In this document: one piece after another, positions 27,108-38,400 of the stretch
How the letters are laid out: every line of letters begins with the position of its first letter
Numbering within the stretch: position 1 is the stretch's first letter
Virus record (IMG/VR): IMGVR_UViG_3300020404_001578
Coordinates: 79,639 to 143,638 of that record
Source: a virus
DNA length: 64,000 nucleotides
Direction: 5' to 3' (one strand)
Made by a program: the position numbers and the translations under genes
Notes under the pieces: model-generated
Database searches by the model: none
What the model saw: the letters and a program-made list of their open reading frames with translations, nothing else
Told to the model about the DNA's origin: nothing

Positions 27108-28275
27108 CTAATGGGTCAGGATTTTGTTTTCCATAAGTGATACAAGGATTCTGACCGCAACCACAATTCATAGCAGGGTTCTCTAAGGGTCTTCCACTAC
27201 CGCCTTTTTCTCTTTCAGTTTTGAGTCCTAACTCTTTTGTTAGTAACTCATCTGGTGATAATGGTACAATGTTGCCATAGAAGTCCTGCTTGTGAGTATC
27301 TGGGTTAAATGGTATGTCCATTGCTTCTGTTTGCACTTTTGTCCAAGGCTTACCACTTGCTTCAGCCTTCTCTATTTGTTGTTCTATAGAAACAATCATT
27401 CTGTCGCCACCTTCAAGGCTTGCTTTAAGAGCGACACTGTTTAGGAATTTACCGACTGACTCACTAGGCTTACGTGCAACCTTTGATGAGCCTTGCATTC
27501 CGGGTACCCCTTGCAGTGATTGCATTACTCTGTTGTATGAATGGAAAAAATCAACTGCGGACTTAATTGCACTAGTAGGTACTAAATTTTGGTCTGCTTT
27601 TAGCCCTAAGAAGAATGGCTTACCTTTGCCTATGTCTTTTGCTGCGGTCATTAGAGATATTGCTATATCGCCTAATTCACCCATGATTTCATGGCATAGA
27701 TTACTTGTTGATGAGATTGTTCCTATCAATCTGAAATGGTCGGTATCTTCCTCATGGCCTTCCATTGTCTTTCTTACTTCAAAGTCATCTAGTAGTAATT
27801 TAGTGTCAGCGAGAATATCTGCTGCACTACGGGCCCTTTGTCCAAGTGCGTTATACTGTGCTTTGAGTTGCTTACGGCTCTTACGAGTATTCGTGCTTGT
27901 TGCTACTGGCCATCCCTGTGCAATGGCAATTAGGGTGTCTTTTGTTGTCTTTATGATTTTATCAGCAAGACGCTCTAGTTGTCTTATCTCCAATGAAAGC
28001 AAAGCATTGGGCCTGTCTTTGATGAAAGCATCTATTTCTCCTCCATATTTTTGACTGACCATTTCATCTATAGAACCTAGCACTACCTCTCTTTGTTGCA
28101 TTGCTTCTGTTGCTGCAGCATCAATAACTGCTTGAACTACTGCGGAGTTAGATACTGTTGAAGTAACAGATACTCCTTTTTTATCTAACTCGGTCTTTCT
28201 TTTTTCTAGTAGTTTCCTGAGTTCTTTTTTACTACCGTGGTCCATTTGTTTTAGAAGTTCATGTAGATTACTCAT
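27091..28275 (-). CDS. Helical hypothetical protein with C-terminal NP peptides and CGCGQNPC motif
   Basis: 394 aa; four NP motifs in the last ~75 aa. Confidence 0.6.
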   Translation of the reverse strand: MSNLHELLKQMDHGSKKELRKLLEKRKTELDKKGVSVTSTVSNSAVVQAVIDAAATEAMQQREVVLGSIDEMVSQKYGGEIDAFIKDRPNALLSLEIRQLERLADKIIKTTKDTLIAIAQGWPVATSTNTRKSRKQLKAQYNALGQRARSAADILADTKLLLDDFEVRKTMEGHEEDTDHFRLIGTISSTSNLCHEIMGELGDIAISLMTAAKDIGKGKPFFLGLKADQNLVPTSAIKSAVDFFHSYNRVMQSLQGVPGMQGSSKVARKPSESVGKFLNSVALKASLEGGDRMIVSIEQQIEKAEASGKPWTKVQTEAMDIPFNPDTHKQDFYGNIVPLSPDELLTKELGLKTEREKGGSGRPLENPAMNCGCGQNPCITYGKQNPDPLDDLYV

Positions 28276-28276
28276 T

Positions 28277-31009
28277 CTATAACCTCCTTAACATTTCATC
28301 TATCAATAGTGCTTCTTGAACTTCGTCAAGATTTGCGTTATCAAACGCATTACCTACGACATCAGCCACATTACGTTCTCTACGGTCAGCAAGGTTATTC
28401 ATTACTCCACGAAGTAGGTCTGTAATGCCTCTACGTTCTTCGCTAGTTTGTCTTCTTGCTCCTAAGCAATTATCAAGACACCAAACTAGTACGTGATAAA
28501 TAAATGCTGTATCATCGGCACTTGCTACGTAGTTGTACTTAGTACGTGATTGCTTTAGAATTTCTCTTAGAATAAACATACTGGATAATCCATTGCTTGT
28601 ATCTACATTTAGATTAACCATACCTTGTCCACTTTGCATAGCATACTGGAAGAAGTCGTCCCAGTGCATCTGAATTATTAACTGACAGAACTCCATACGA
28701 TTTCTAGCGTTTACAATGTTATCTCCGCCTGCATCAAAGAGATGTTTACTTGCTCCTGCAGCAGTGATATATCCCATGGTTTCTAGCACACGGTTGTTTA
28801 GTAGTTGATTGTAAAGTGTGTTGTATCTTGCAAACCCTGTAGTCAATTTGCCTTTTGGTTGTGAATTGATTATTCCTAACATTTCACTTAGGTCATCAAA
28901 GTTTCTTCTTTGTGTTGCATCCAGTTGCATCATACTATCTGACAATGTCATAAGAGAATATGCAGTTCTTGCTACGACTGATAATTTATCATGGTAGTAT
29001 TTTAGATTATCTTCCTCTGTAGAATACCGTAGTGCATCCCTAATCATTCTATATGATAGTCCATACCTACGCTGACGTTGTTCATCTTCATCATACCATG
29101 ATACTTCTACTTCAGCGTCTGGGTCAAATCTAAAGTCGCTATTGATTGAAGGCGAAAGGAAGTCTTCTCTACTAAATGTAGTGCCGTTAAGTCCTGCGAT
29201 TTGTTCACGATACTTTGCAAGTACTTCCATCATTGAGTAGACCAACTCTTCTGGCCAACCCACAGGGTTGGGGTGAAGTCCCGGTAAATCAATCTCAAAC
29301 AGAATAGGTGTATTTGCCATTACGACTGTATGGTAGTTTACCTCATACAAATTCGGGTTGTTGGCTTGATAGTCTAGTATTGCTTGAACGGTTTCTGCTT
29401 TAGTTCCGTATCCACCTTCTACCCCAGTCATATTCATTGCAAGGTCAATCAATTCGTCTTTTTTCATCCTGTTTAGTTCGGCACGGGTGTAATTACCAAT
29501 GTATGGCATTGAAACCATTTCACCGGTTTGTCTGGTTCCCCTCCAAGGTGTTCGGTTCCTACGCAATGCTTTGTTTAAGTTATTTTGACTGAGCGTGTCT
29601 TCTGCATTACGTGTCCGATTGTATAGTCTTCTAGCGGCTTCAACATAGTCCTGAACTCGGTGAGCAGTGATTTCTACTTCGTCTTGTTCAAGTGGTGCGA
29701 ATAGTGCTTCTAGAATACCCGGGACGTCTAAGTTTTGTATTCTTTCTTGTAAGAACGCCCAACTAAATGCTGCTGTACCGGGTCCTACTGCTGCAGTATG
29801 ATGTAATGGTACTAATGCAGGTCCTCCACTACCTTCTCTTTCTGAATATCTAACAATAATGCGTTGTCCTGTATTTGCATACCTTGGTGGTTCGCCTCCT
29901 TCATTGAGTACTCTTTCGGCTCTTGTGACGTGAGTACGACGATTACGGGCTCCTTCTAATTCAATATGCGGTGGAGGAAGTAGTACGAATTGCATATGCG
30001 GTATCAAAAATATTGGGTGTACCATTAGGGACATATCCTTGCCGTGGTAGAAGTCCGCAGCATCAGTTGCAAGACGTTGCATCATGTATTTCATTTGAGA
30101 ACTATAGCGTCGTCTGTTTCCTGCACGGGCACTTCTAGAGTTTCCTCCCACTGGAGTTGAATCCAAACCTACGTTTCGTCCCTCTTCACCTAGTCTTGTG
30201 AGGCTTGGAAGAATTTCTGCGTTCATATGACGGATGAAATTATCTACGGTGGCCGAATGCACTAAGTAGGGTTCAAGTACGTAATTACAGAATCTGTAAA
30301 GTACATCGGTATTTACTTGATACTTGCTTGACATACGATGGTTATCATAAAATTGGTCTACATCGGACATATGGTATGAAACCATTGGCTGACCATCGGG
30401 TGATGTACTAACCTCAGTATATGGGTCAATACGATATCCTTCTTCACTAAAGTATTCTTTCAACCTGCGGTCAATCTCAGCATTGAAGATATCTTCTTGG
30501 CCTGCAAGAATCTGAGCAGGTCTAGCAACTATTGGGCGTGGATTACTACGTACATACTCGCTACCGGGGGTGATACTATCAACATCAACAATTCTTGCTC
30601 GCATGATTCCTTGATGTGGTAGGCTTGGTGAGCGAACCTTCATGTTAAGTCCTGAAATGATATTACATGTTCCTTGGAAGGCTCCATGTTGCTCAAACAT
30701 ATCATGTACTAATGATGCGGACAGATGCTTTGGTGAAAGTAAAGGAAAATAGTTTCCTCTTGGGTCTGGTCGCTCATTTTTGAATTTAGCGAAAGCGTAT
30801 GGTTGTGGTGGGTTAGATAGCATTGCTGACCCCGGTTCAATTAGGAAATCTCCTCCACTTTGTACGGTTTTCAAATCAACCATTCTACCATTTGTTGTTT
30901 GAATGGTAAAGTTGGTATCAACATAACCTGCTTCTCTAAGTGTTTTCTTGGCCAAGTCGTATGCTTCCAAGAAGGAAGACAAGGGCGTGGAAACTGTTAG
31001 AGGAATCAT
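28277..31009 (-). CDS. Large NP-motif protein with a Rho-N/HeH-like nucleic-acid-binding module
   Basis: ELNRMKKDELIDLA..GTKAETVQAIL; LSNP, RSNP and ANNP motifs. Confidence 0.55.
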   Translation of the reverse strand: MIPLTVSTPLSSFLEAYDLAKKTLREAGYVDTNFTIQTTNGRMVDLKTVQSGGDFLIEPGSAMLSNPPQPYAFAKFKNERPDPRGNYFPLLSPKHLSASLVHDMFEQHGAFQGTCNIISGLNMKVRSPSLPHQGIMRARIVDVDSITPGSEYVRSNPRPIVARPAQILAGQEDIFNAEIDRRLKEYFSEEGYRIDPYTEVSTSPDGQPMVSYHMSDVDQFYDNHRMSSKYQVNTDVLYRFCNYVLEPYLVHSATVDNFIRHMNAEILPSLTRLGEEGRNVGLDSTPVGGNSRSARAGNRRRYSSQMKYMMQRLATDAADFYHGKDMSLMVHPIFLIPHMQFVLLPPPHIELEGARNRRTHVTRAERVLNEGGEPPRYANTGQRIIVRYSEREGSGGPALVPLHHTAAVGPGTAAFSWAFLQERIQNLDVPGILEALFAPLEQDEVEITAHRVQDYVEAARRLYNRTRNAEDTLSQNNLNKALRRNRTPWRGTRQTGEMVSMPYIGNYTRAELNRMKKDELIDLAMNMTGVEGGYGTKAETVQAILDYQANNPNLYEVNYHTVVMANTPILFEIDLPGLHPNPVGWPEELVYSMMEVLAKYREQIAGLNGTTFSREDFLSPSINSDFRFDPDAEVEVSWYDEDEQRQRRYGLSYRMIRDALRYSTEEDNLKYYHDKLSVVARTAYSLMTLSDSMMQLDATQRRNFDDLSEMLGIINSQPKGKLTTGFARYNTLYNQLLNNRVLETMGYITAAGASKHLFDAGGDNIVNARNRMEFCQLIIQMHWDDFFQYAMQSGQGMVNLNVDTSNGLSSMFILREILKQSRTKYNYVASADDTAFIYHVLVWCLDNCLGARRQTSEERRGITDLLRGVMNNLADRRERNVADVVGNAFDNANLDEVQEALLIDEMLRRL

Positions 31010-31020
31010 CTTTTATCACC

Positions 31021-31443
31021 TCATAGTCCATACTTTGGGTCTAGGATTAGAATTTGTCTGCCTGCTTCATCTGTAGTGTACACATAGTCTTTAGGAGGTG
31101 TCAAACGATGTGTATGGCGAGAAGTAGCGTAATCACGAATTCTATTTGGTTGTGTATTCACATTGTACTTGACGTGTTGGTTTAGTCCGCCCATGTTGCT
31201 ACCCTCTTTGTTGCTCATTACATTGTAGTAGGCTAAAGGTAGGCCAAAAAGAAGTCCCACTGCTGCACCACGGATTATTACATCAGTGTTACTTCGGGTA
31301 CTCTTGAAGCCGAGTGTATAGTTGAATACGTGCTTGTCAAGAAGCGTTCCTAATCCTGCGACTCCTGCTAATGCTCCACCAATTGTTGCAGTTTTCAGGA
31401 TGTCGTTTGGTGTCGTGCTTTTTATTGTATCAATGAAGGTCAT
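31021..31443 (-). CDS. Small membrane protein
   Basis: Two Gly-rich hydrophobic helices; NMGG motif. Confidence 0.6.
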   Translation of the reverse strand: MTFIDTIKSTTPNDILKTATIGGALAGVAGLGTLLDKHVFNYTLGFKSTRSNTDVIIRGAAVGLLFGLPLAYYNVMSNKEGSNMGGLNQHVKYNVNTQPNRIRDYATSRHTHRLTPPKDYVYTTDEAGRQILILDPKYGL

Positions 31444-33581
31444 GCTTTCTTACCCCTTTTCTTTGCTATTTTTCTTTGGTGAGCATCATACATTGAGCCT
31501 TTGAAAGCATTAGGTATGATGAACCTTGTTGGTAGACTCTTTGTACTCTTGAATACGGGCATCCCGTATACATCACCAAACTTAGCGAAGGCTTTCTTGA
31601 GTTCAGCACTACCCTTCATCAATGATATGGTTCTGTAGTTTTTGCCGTCTACGTTTGTATTGGCTGCTTGGAAGTGTGAAGTTGGTAATCGCATAAGCCA
31701 TGGAACTTCTTCTCCGGAATCCTTGTGGGTCGCAGTATGTACGAATACGCCTCCGTAAGATTGCTTAGGTGGAACTAGTTTTGTTAGCCCTAGTTTGGTT
31801 TCGCCTTTGGTCTTACCAAGTTTGCGTTCTTCATCGGTGAGGTTCTTCTTTCTGGGAAACGTAAGTTTTGTCTTAGGGAATAGTTGAACATAAAGGAATT
31901 TTCCTCTTCCAAGTGGGACTTCTCCCCCATATCCCGGATTGTTCCGTGATTCTCTTGCTTTTCCTCTAACAAAATCATTTCCACTGGCAGGAATTCTGTC
32001 ACGTGGTCTGCGATTGCGGTTTCCTCCGGCGCCGTCACGATTGCCGCCGTCACGATTGCCGCCGCCACCGCCGCCTTGACCCGGTCTGCCTCCGCTTCGG
32101 TTGTTACCTTGTTGGCGGTTTCCTCGGTCTTGACGACGCTCGTCTAATAGGCGTTGTTCTCCTTGGCGTTGTCTTTGGGTGTAGGAGTCATCTCCTAGAC
32201 CGCCGGTTAAGTTCTTGAATTCATCTTCGGTAATCTTAACGAGTTTGTCTTTTGCTTTCATCCAACGGCCAATAGGCTTGGAGTTAGTTAGTGAAACAAC
32301 TTCAGTGTAAACACCTTCTGCTAGATTCTTCATGTTAAGGGTGTTATCTTTCTTCAATGCTGCAGCAAGGCTTGGGTGGTACATCATAATGTGTTGCTTG
32401 GCAGGGTCATTCTTCCCACCTTTGAAGATAACAATCAATGGTTGGTGTCCAACATAGTTATCGTTTGTTGGGTCAAACATACCGACATAGCCTGTTTCTG
32501 GTTTGAAGTTGTAAGGTGGCTTCATTAGAATGTCAAGGTTGGTTCTCATAGTGAGAATGTCCCCTGCATCGTATGCAGCCACGGTTTGGAGCATCAATTC
32601 GTATGCACCGATAGGGTCGTGATTTTCATTGGTGGTTCTAAACGCATAGTTGCGACCATGTGCTTGAGTCATGGTTTTGATTTCCTTGACTACCGATGCT
32701 TCTTCGGGCAGTGGTGGTCGGTATCTACTGGTCAAAGATTGGTAGATTGCCCAACCTTCATCACGGTGGACCAATGGTAATTCGTAGTAGTTGTATCGCT
32801 TGATACGCATACTTGCGATGATATCTCTGGCAAGTTTGAACATTCTGTTGAAGTTTGTTGTTGCCGTGTCAAGGTTCTGGTGAATGGTGAACCCATCTGT
32901 CATTAGGTTGTATACTAGGGAGCCTTTCTGTAATAGGTCCGCTTCGTTTCCTCCATGAACCATACGGCGCATTAATTCCATGTGGTCACGGTCTTTCTCC
33001 CAATTGAATAAGAAATGGTGGATGATTGCCCTATCTTCTTCTGAAACTGATGCGTTTAATTCTGCACCTACGTCGGTCATGGTCATGTTGTCAATGTATT
33101 CTTTCCATGTACCTGCAGGAACTAGAGTAATCAGGTGTGAGTCACGGAAATCTGCTGCTCGGATTCCTGCTCTTTCAAGACCACGGATGAATGGTCTTAG
33201 GATACCTCCGCCTCTTTCGCTACCTCTTACAAGACGCAATGCTCTCCATGGGATACCAAGTAGCGATTGCGCTAGTGATTCTTGTCTTGTTACTGGGTTA
33301 GATAGCAAGTAGTCCTCATTGGGGTCTTGCGTACCCATAATCATTTCATCGTCTGTAGTCGTTCCTAACATATCTTCATCATCCTCTATGTCTCTTTCTT
33401 CAATACTGAATGCTAATTCTCCGGGCGGTACTGGATTACTCCTTACCATCTTTGTCAGTCTTCGCCCATTATGGTTTGCAGTTAGTATTGTTGCTCCTGA
33501 TGATGGGTTGGACATTACGGTATAATTATCGGTGCTTATTGCACCTCCTTCTGGCAAATTGAAAGTTTGAACTTGCCTCAC
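31440..33581 (-). CDS. NP-motif protein with an RG/N-rich linker and basic C-terminal domain
   Basis: MSNP, RSNP, LSNP and RNNP; GGNRDGGNRDG low-complexity stretch. Confidence 0.6.
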   Translation of the reverse strand: MRQVQTFNLPEGGAISTDNYTVMSNPSSGATILTANHNGRRLTKMVRSNPVPPGELAFSIEERDIEDDEDMLGTTTDDEMIMGTQDPNEDYLLSNPVTRQESLAQSLLGIPWRALRLVRGSERGGGILRPFIRGLERAGIRAADFRDSHLITLVPAGTWKEYIDNMTMTDVGAELNASVSEEDRAIIHHFLFNWEKDRDHMELMRRMVHGGNEADLLQKGSLVYNLMTDGFTIHQNLDTATTNFNRMFKLARDIIASMRIKRYNYYELPLVHRDEGWAIYQSLTSRYRPPLPEEASVVKEIKTMTQAHGRNYAFRTTNENHDPIGAYELMLQTVAAYDAGDILTMRTNLDILMKPPYNFKPETGYVGMFDPTNDNYVGHQPLIVIFKGGKNDPAKQHIMMYHPSLAAALKKDNTLNMKNLAEGVYTEVVSLTNSKPIGRWMKAKDKLVKITEDEFKNLTGGLGDDSYTQRQRQGEQRLLDERRQDRGNRQQGNNRSGGRPGQGGGGGGNRDGGNRDGAGGNRNRRPRDRIPASGNDFVRGKARESRNNPGYGGEVPLGRGKFLYVQLFPKTKLTFPRKKNLTDEERKLGKTKGETKLGLTKLVPPKQSYGGVFVHTATHKDSGEEVPWLMRLPTSHFQAANTNVDGKNYRTISLMKGSAELKKAFAKFGDVYGMPVFKSTKSLPTRFIIPNAFKGSMYDAHQRKIAKKRGKKA

Positions 33582-35125
33582 TTACGCCGCCTCCCTTTAA
33601 GCCCACGGATACCTGCCATTAAGCCCTTTCCTTGCTTTTTGCCTTTGTTAAGAAAACTTGTAAGTGATTTCTTTTTTGTTTTGGGTGATTTTACGCTAAC
33701 TGGTTCGGTTTTGAGTTTGCTGCCTGAGCGCATTTTCATTACAGCCAATACGCCTCCTAGTGCCATTAAACCGATTACAGGGTATGCTACGTACGATTGA
33801 AAATATCCTCCGTATGTTGGTTGTACTGTGATTAATTGTCCTCCGGGTTTTCCACCTGTGGTGCTTCTAAGTATTGCAGCAGATTTGTCTGCATTGTTTG
33901 ATGCAAACGCTTGTTGGTTCTCCATTAGTTTCTCAATTTGACTACGATAGTAAACCTTTGATTGTTCAAGTGCGTTAGTATCGCCTCCAAACGAGCCTGA
34001 TGTTAGCATATTGACTTGACGCAAAAGCATGGCTCCATCTTCTGGGTTGAGCATACCTTGACCTTGAGCGGTCTGTAGGTTCTCAGCCAGTACATCAGCC
34101 ACTTTTTGTGGAGGGTCGTCAAGTGTTACTGTAGGGAAGGCACCGCCTAAGCCCCTAGCCGAAGCACGACTAGGGGCGCTTAGAAAAGGTCGGCCACCAC
34201 CTCTTATTGAGGGATAACGCTTCCCCGGTAAATCACCGAATCCATAGAAGGCTCTTGTTTGACGCTTAGGTGACATAAACTGTCCTCCACCTAAGTTATC
34301 TCGGAATTGCAGGCTATCTACTACTTTACGGATAGTGTCAAGGTGTTTGTCAATAACCGCAATCTTTTGATTACGTAGTGCAGTGTTAAACGACCCCGCA
34401 TCAGACTTTAGTTCAGTAAGAATCCTTAGTACTTCACCAGATGCTTTAGCAACAACAACACGTTCATTGTTGTTTAGTTTATCTTCAACCATCTTAATTT
34501 GTGATGCTAAGGATAGTCTTTCAGCAGCCTTTTCTTCAACAAGGTTCTGTAGGTTCTTTTGCATGGTATAGTTTGCATACTTTGAGAACCTGTCATTTAG
34601 TGCTGCAAATGTCTGGTCAATGTGGGCCATGTGTGCTTGGGCAAAAGATGGTGATGGGTTTGCCTTGAATGCCTTTTCTACATTCAACAGTACATCTTCA
34701 AGTTGGAAATCAAGTTTCTTTTTGTCTACTGATGGTAGAGTTGAAATCTGGGCCGAATAGATTGCAGTGAATCTTTCAAGGTGCCTTTGAGCGTGTGCAA
34801 GTACTGCTGCCCACTGTGGGTCGTTAGTGATAGGTACTTGGGGCAAAGCACTACCTAGTCCAACGGCCTTTTGTTTGACTTTCTCATTTAGAAGAAGTTC
34901 AATGCGAATTTTAGTTCTATGGAAATCATTTGCTATTCTTTCCATGCTAGCCTCTGGTCTGGTAATGTATCTTTGATGCACATCAACAAGGCTATCTATT
35001 TCCTTCTGAACGTCATCTAGGAAGCCAGTACCTTTGTACTGACCCATTCCTCTACTATCTATCATATGCTCTACCTCACCGGCAAAGCGTTCTAATGCTC
35101 CTTCATATACTGCTGCTCTTATCAT
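33578..35125 (-). CDS. Coiled-coil membrane-anchored virion protein
   Basis: Helical; C-terminal TM and basic tail; GLG/NLGG motifs. Confidence 0.55.
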   Translation of the reverse strand: MIRAAVYEGALERFAGEVEHMIDSRGMGQYKGTGFLDDVQKEIDSLVDVHQRYITRPEASMERIANDFHRTKIRIELLLNEKVKQKAVGLGSALPQVPITNDPQWAAVLAHAQRHLERFTAIYSAQISTLPSVDKKKLDFQLEDVLLNVEKAFKANPSPSFAQAHMAHIDQTFAALNDRFSKYANYTMQKNLQNLVEEKAAERLSLASQIKMVEDKLNNNERVVVAKASGEVLRILTELKSDAGSFNTALRNQKIAVIDKHLDTIRKVVDSLQFRDNLGGGQFMSPKRQTRAFYGFGDLPGKRYPSIRGGGRPFLSAPSRASARGLGGAFPTVTLDDPPQKVADVLAENLQTAQGQGMLNPEDGAMLLRQVNMLTSGSFGGDTNALEQSKVYYRSQIEKLMENQQAFASNNADKSAAILRSTTGGKPGGQLITVQPTYGGYFQSYVAYPVIGLMALGGVLAVMKMRSGSKLKTEPVSVKSPKTKKKSLTSFLNKGKKQGKGLMAGIRGLKGRRRK

Positions 35126-35155
35126 TCTGGCCCCGTTCCTGCGATTATCTATTTT

Positions 35156-35165
35156 TATATCAAGT
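35156..35165 (-). promoter_or_regulatory. Putative late promoter ACTTGATATA
   Basis: Identical 10-mer to 3531-3540; about 31 nt upstream of ATG 35125. Confidence 0.45.
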
Positions 35166-35170
35166 CATTG

Positions 35171-35455
35171 CTACTTTCTACCTATTGCATTTGGTATTAC
35201 CATTATGGCATCTGCACCTACTTTGATTGCTGTACCTGCCATATTCACTGCTCCTTTAGCAATGTCTACTGGTAATCTAATATATCTCCCTATTACTCTA
35301 GGGTCTTTTATTACAATGTATGCAGCACCTAAGCCTAAAGCACCAATCAATGTCCACTTGAATATTGTTTGCGCATTGTCCTTAATGGATTCTGCTGAGT
35401 CCCCAATCCAATTCATTGGGTTGAATGAAAATCCCAGATTACTATAGCCGGACAA
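35171..35455 (-). CDS. Small membrane protein
   Basis: TM WTLIGALGLGAAYIVI; N-terminal SNLGF. Confidence 0.6.
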   Translation of the reverse strand: MSGYSNLGFSFNPMNWIGDSAESIKDNAQTIFKWTLIGALGLGAAYIVIKDPRVIGRYIRLPVDIAKGAVNMAGTAIKVGADAIMVIPNAIGRK

Positions 35456-35469
35456 GTTAGGTCTGGGTC

Positions 35470-38400
35470 CTACCTGCCCTCTTGAAAATCTGGTTCAGTC
35501 ATTATGTGTCCACGCTTCTTTGCGACGTTACTTCTAGCGTATGCGGAGCCGAACTGTGGAATGCGGGGGCGTGCTTTCACAGTAGAAGGTCTTGGTTGAG
35601 ATTGTGTGAACCAGCCCAAGTTAGCACTTGTTGGTTCGTGTGGGTTAATCAAGAATATCTCTTGGATATCTGTCTTTTCTCCTGTTATTGGCTTTCTTGC
35701 ACCGCCGAGAGATGTTACTCTGTCGCCGGCATACTTGTTGCTTACGTCTTCTATTGTGTGGTTATTCATTCCGCTAAGGCCCCCTAGTGGTATTTTCTTT
35801 CCGACTGGTAGCAAGGTCTTTGCTCTTATCTTGCTATCAGTTTGGAATGGTTTTGGTCTGAGGAAATCAAATATTCCCCAGTTATCTTGCTTCGGTGGTT
35901 CCGCTTCCGCAGGTGCTTGTACCGAATCGTGGTATGCTTGGTGGCTAACTTCTACCATCTTGTCTGGTATTTGTCCTGCCGTGAGTAAAGATTCAGAAGG
36001 CGACATTCCACCGCTAAGTGCAGCAAGTTGCTCTCTAATTTCTCCTGAAAGATTGATTTTCTGTTTCGCATCATACCTAAGTGAGTTAGTGCCTACAAAG
36101 TATACTAAAGCCTCTCCTGCTGCATTGTCTTTTATTGATTTCTCTGTTGTTTTCCAATCACCTGCTACTTCTTCAAAGTCTAGTACTGGTCCTGCCCAGT
36201 TAGTGGGTACTTCTACAATACCGATTGAATACGGGAATGAAAACTCTTGGCCTTGCATTGAAACAAGATAATTGAGTGGGTTATCTGGGTCGGCACCTTC
36301 AAGTCCGGGGATTGTGTTTCCTTCTTTGTCTTTCATTCCTGCATTAATGTCATAGAACCATTGTGTACTCAAATCAATACCAAATACCTCTTTCCATGCC
36401 ATCTTTACATTTGCTTCCACGGCTCTTTTGTTGAATACTAAGTCTATGTCATCTTCTAAATCAGCCGTAGTAATAACATCCACTAATTTCAGTAAGTCAC
36501 TATCTTTACTTCCTCCCATGTTGTTTGTTCGCTTTAATCCATAATTTTCAATGTGTATATCTACTGCTAACTTATTGGGTTTGGTTGTTAGGCCTAAGTA
36601 TGCTCCCTTTTGGAAACCAGTAAGTGCTTGTCCGATAACAACCAATTTACATCCGGGTGAAAACTCTCCTTCTTTCCAGTATATGTTAGAGAAGTTTGGT
36701 TGAGTAAGGTACGCTTGCTTGGCAACATCTGTAATAGCAAATGTTTGTGTGTCAGCGATATGCATAGCATTATGCTTGCCTCTTCTCAAACAACATACTA
36801 CTCCGCTATAGTCTGGTGCGCCTTGTAGTGTTGTGTTGCCTACTGTAACTGTTGCTGATGTGCGTTGTCCGTCTTGAATAACTTCTGGTCTTCCTACGAT
36901 ATTGTAAATCACTCCCTTTTTACTATTGTAGGTTGGGTAACAATGTGCGGTCCCTCCATTCTTTGAGTTAGACGACATACTAAATCCTTCCCAGTGTTTC
37001 AAATCTGGGTCTTTGGAGGATAGTTGTCTTGGGAATCTAAAGTACACTACAAACTTGCCATCGCCTTTGATTTCTGGGTCATATGGTGGGTGTCGTCCTA
37101 AAGTCCACTTGCCTGTTTTTGGATTGTACCATTCTACCTTGACTGCTAATCTGCGTACGTCTTTGTTGCTGTAATTGCCATTGGATTCGTTTGCTTTGTT
37201 ACCTTCTGGGTCTGAACTTGGCATACCGGCAATTGCCTTTGGTAGTTTGTACCTAAATTGTTTAGATGGACCTATGGCTGCATCAATAACCGTTCCTGCA
37301 GGCCATTTTGCATTCAAACGTTTTTTCTCATTAGATTCTTTTACTTGATTAGGGAATCTGGTTGCATTCATTTGTTGCATGAACCAAATCTTTTCCCTTG
37401 ATACTTTTCCTTTAGACCAATGGTATTCGGGGTTACCCGGCGCACGAACTTCGGGTACTACTGTGTCTACTGCCTTCTTGACGAATTTTGTTGTACTCTT
37501 TGCGGCTTTCTTGATGCCCTTTCCTGCTTTCTTAATGCCCTTCTTTAATTTCTTGAATAACCCTAAGTTAGAGAAATCACCAACTGCTTGGTCGTATGCT
37601 AACAACTGTTCATCACTGATGTTTCCTATACCATCAAAGACTCGGTTTTTAGATTTGCTATCTCCAAATCTAACTTGTCCTGTAAGTGAATCGTCGTCGT
37701 GATAAATCATCTGTCCAACCATTGCAATTGGGATTGCGGACCCCATTCTATAGTTAGGCTTGGTGATTGCGTGCCATCCAAAATTATTGTCGTCTGAAAA
37801 GTCAGCGTAGTAATATCCTGCTCTAAATGCGTGTAGCGCAGTAGGATATGAAACCCATGCGGGTCCAATAGGTTTGGTTGGTCCGCCTTTAGCAAAAGTG
37901 GAAGTCTTACCAGTATATCCATGTCGCTTGAAGGAATGCTTGCTTAATTTACCGTCCCAGAATTCTCGGTCCCCGACCGTGGTCTTTCCTTTTGCTTTGA
38001 ACTGTAATTCGTTTTGTGGTATGAAACCTAAGTTTCCTAGCGTTGGACTAATCATTGTGTTAGGTGTTCTAGTTCTTGACAACTGCAGCGAGTTGTTTGC
38101 GATGAACCTTCTTTCCTCATCTGTTAATTGTGAGCCATCAACGTCAGATGGAATAGATGTAGCCAAGGCAATCTTTAGACCAACTAACTTAGGTAATGGG
38201 ATTCGTACAGTAAAGGAACCTTCACCAGTACGAACAGGTCTAATAAACAACAATGATTCTACTCCACTAGATACGTGAGAACCCACTAGGATTGCATTCC
38301 CATCCCCTAGTGTCTTGTAATGAATAGTAATATCTTCGTCAGTAACGAAAGTTTGTTTGTTCTTTTTCCATCTACCGGCTTCGTATAGAGTGTGTACTCT

